Origin: Candidatus Poribacteria bacterium | GTDB lineage: Bacteria; Poribacteria; WGA-4E; WGA-3G | DNA length: 64,000 bases | Reading direction: 5' to 3' | Assembly (NCBI GenBank): GCA_965205025.1 | Contig: CBDBFU010000026.1 | Coordinates: forward strand, 32,001 to 96,000 | Shown: positions 61,613-64,000 of the stretch, piece after piece | How the letters are laid out: every line of letters begins with the position of its first letter | Position numbering within the stretch: position 1 is the stretch's first letter | The notes under the pieces: model-generated | What the model was told of the DNA's origin: nothing | Seen by the model: only the letters and a program-made list of their open reading frames with translations | The model's database searches: none | Program-made: the position numbers and the translations under genes

Positions 61613-64000
61613 TTATTGGGATATATAAGGTGTTAGATCCCAAAGCAGGATAACGCCATCAAAACTTGCACTGGCTAAGAGTTTGTTGTCTGGAGAAAAG
61701 GCGAAATCATCCAATCTATCTGAAGGTCCTAATATGGTGACAAGATGCTTACCACTCGAGACTTCCCATATATCAATAGGATACTCCTTTTGATCCTTGT
61801 GTGATGTTACTATTGCCATGTATTGTCCACACAAAGAATATGCATCTGGACCCTCAAAATGTTCGAATTCTGGTGGCATTGACAACCTCTTTTCAATTTC
61901 ACTCCATGTCGGGTCACACGAACAGGTTATATCCTCACAGTATTCCCGTTTGGCGATATCCCAATATCGCTTTTCTTCTTTTTCCAAATAAGCATGGTAC
62001 CGTCCACACCTGCAAAATCGGACGTCCCTGATTTTCTCACCTTGTAACGGTTTTATCTCTTCACCAAGTTCCATGTCCCACAGTTTGACATTTCTTACCT
62101 CTGATATACTTACGAGTAATTTTCCATCCTTACTAAATTTCAACTCTTCAATAAAATCCCCTTCATCGTCATCATCCTTATCGTCAGATGGCTCAAGAGG
62201 ATGGGTGACTTCATGAAGTTTCTTTCTATTTAGTACATCCCACACTTGTACTGTGCCATCTTCACCGGCATAAGCGAAAAGCGTACCTGTCGGTGTTAAG
62301 GCAGGTCTCGCGCTCCAGTATTCATGACCAGTTCCTTCAAGAAGTGGTATACCATTACCATCAGCTTCCCAGAGGGTAACAGTGTCATTTTTGATACTTG
62401 CGACATGGAATTTACCACTATCGGTTCTATACAGAAACTGATTTTTCCCAGCAGATTCCACTTGAACTGCTGGACGCGAACGTTTACTATCAATATCCCA
62501 TAACACAACACCCTCCTGAAAATATTCAACTGCTAATGTTTTACCATCCTGAGAGAATGCAATCTCCCACGGAAACGAGATAGGTGAGTGTGTAAATTGT
62601 CGTTTGATCGGATTATCAACAGTCCAAACCTTGATAAATTCATGTCGATATTCATAAGCAAGTTGGGAGCCGTTTGAAAACAGAACATTGTTTCCCCAAT
62701 TACCGACAGAGGGAGAATCAATTGTATTTCCCCAGAGTTGATCATTATAAAGTTGCTGATTACTTTCAAGGTCTCGTATAGAGATTGTTGCGGGACCATT
62801 CTCATCATAATTTACAATCGCTGCACGTAGCTTTCCATCAGGTGAATAGGATGGGATAATACTATACACGGGACCATAATCGGTATATTCTCGGACTTGA
62901 TTCCAGGTATTGACATCCCAAACGCACACCTTGCCATCTCTACCACCAGAGACGAGAAACTTTCCACACGGTGAAAAGCAGAGGGTAGTTATCCAACGGG
63001 TATGTGCTGAGAGACATGCAATTAGTTCGCGGCTTTTCATATCCCACACTAATATTGACCCTGCATCATCAGAGTTAGGGGACATACACGTAGACGCAAT
63101 CAGACGAGTATCATGTGAGAAACTAATAGGTTGGTAATGTCCTGCTCTTTCCTCGTCTGCAGTAAATTTCGCAAACGGTTTGCCGGTTTCCGCATGCCAG
63201 ACATCAACAGTAGGGGTGCTATCATAGACAGAAGAATTAACTGCGATATACCTATTGTCAGGGGAAAAGGTCACACATTCATTATAATTCTCAGATTTGA
63301 TTTGTGTCAAACAAGTTCCAGTCTGGATATCCAAAATCTTTAGTAATCGTTCTGAGAAACTGGCAGCTAACCATTTTCCATCTGTAGAAAAGGCAACAGA
63401 TTCTACAACCCCTTGTTCCACTTCCCAGAGTGCGATAGGGGAAAGCTTTTTCAGGTCATATAACCAGAGTCCGATGCAGGTGCCAATAGCAAGATATTGC
63501 CCATCAGGTGAAAATGCCATTTTAGGTTCACTTCCACGTCCTAATCGGACTATCGCGCCTTCGGGGAGTGCCCAAGTTGTTACATCACCTTCAAATGAAC
63601 TTACTGGAACAGGGATTGAGTGTTTTTGGTTTTCCATAAAGTCTTCTCCTTGTCCTTGATCAAGGATATCTTGAAGTATGGGTTCTTCCCGTTTTAAACG
63701 ATTTCGCGCTCGGTTGAGTCGGCTTTTTACCGTGTTTAGAGATATATCTAAATACTTACTTATTGCTTTACAGGACATTTCTCCGAGATAGTGGAGGATC
63801 ATTGTTGTGCGTTCGGTCTCTGGTAACTTTTCCAAAAGATTCTCAACGATTTCACGACGTCGTTCTGCAGATGCTTTTTCACGTTGTTCTGCCAAATAGG
63901 ATGAATAATCGATCTTCTCAATTAAATCTTCACTTACTAATTCCAATGATTGCATCACCAGTTTTTTCTTCCGCAACCATGCAATACAACGTCGTTTAGC
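61613..64000 (-). CDS. ECF sigma factor - WD40 fusion without TM helix (5' end beyond window)
   Basis: Frame open to the window edge (AKRRCIAWLRKK); region 4 ISLNTVKSRLNRAR; then MENQK..WALPEGAIVRLGRG and WD repeats. Confidence 0.9.
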   Translation of the reverse strand, partial: AKRRCIAWLRKKKLVMQSLELVSEDLIEKIDYSSYLAEQREKASAERRREIVENLLEKLPETERTTMILHYLGEMSCKAISKYLDISLNTVKSRLNRARNRLKREEPILQDILDQGQGEDFMENQKHSIPVPVSSFEGDVTTWALPEGAIVRLGRGSEPKMAFSPDGQYLAIGTCIGLWLYDLKKLSPIALWEVEQGVVESVAFSTDGKWLAASFSERLLKILDIQTGTCLTQIKSENYNECVTFSPDNRYIAVNSSVYDSTPTVDVWHAETGKPFAKFTADEERAGHYQPISFSHDTRLIASTCMSPNSDDAGSILVWDMKSRELIACLSAHTRWITTLCFSPCGKFLVSGGRDGKVCVWDVNTWNQVREYTDYGPVYSIIPSYSPDGKLRAAIVNYDENGPATISIRDLESNQQLYNDQLWGNTIDSPSVGNWGNNVLFSNGSQLAYEYRHEFIKVWTVDNPIKRQFTHSPISFPWEIAFSQDGKTLAVEYFQEGVVLWDIDSKRSRPAVQVESAGKNQFLYRTDSGKFHVASIKNDTVTLWEADGNGIPLLEGTGHEYWSARPALTPTGTLFAYAGEDGTVQVWDVLNRKKLHEVTHPLEPSDDKDDDDEGDFIEELKFSKDGKLLVSISEVRNVKLWDMELGEEIKPLQGEKIRDVRFCRCGRYHAYLEKEEKRYWDIAKREYCEDITCSCDPTWSEIEKRLSMPPEFEHFEGPDAYSLCGQYMAIVTSHKDQKEYPIDIWEVSSGKHLVTILGPSDRLDDFAFSPDNKLLASASFDGVILLWDLTPYISQ

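Noticed and set aside
45891-63999. Many antisense and alternative-frame ORFs over the WD40 genes
   Set aside because: Shadow ORFs caused by repeated WD40 codon patterns

Overview
AT-rich bacterial chromosome segment with no rRNA, tRNA or CRISPR array. The gene families (tandem LamG proteins ending in a TTWGxxK motif, many secreted WD40 propellers, ECF-sigma/WD40 fusions, CRTAC1+TPR, an Rpn-type nuclease, GTAG-type REP palindromes) suggest a Candidatus Poribacteria-like sponge symbiont; this is an inference. Bases 1-34 kb are mostly minus-strand housekeeping and envelope genes (UPF0182, cyclase-ATPase, HtrA, M28 peptidase, MoxR, moaC, xylulokinase, trxB, tatA), plus an intact IS4-family element inserted in a REP palindrome. 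Bases 34-64 kb are accessory: a MITE/REP-rich non-coding desert, then a sigma70 promoter and a structured leader, then two tandem two-gene cassettes with near-identical ends and divergent middles (best candidate for an undescribed system). After these come a sigma54-preceded di-cytochrome-c lipoprotein with a poly-Asp/His tail, a TonB receptor, seven WD40 genes with interchangeable N-termini, and a transposase-less element carrying a LamG gene. Five +1 frameshifts in short homopolymers are probably sequencing errors.
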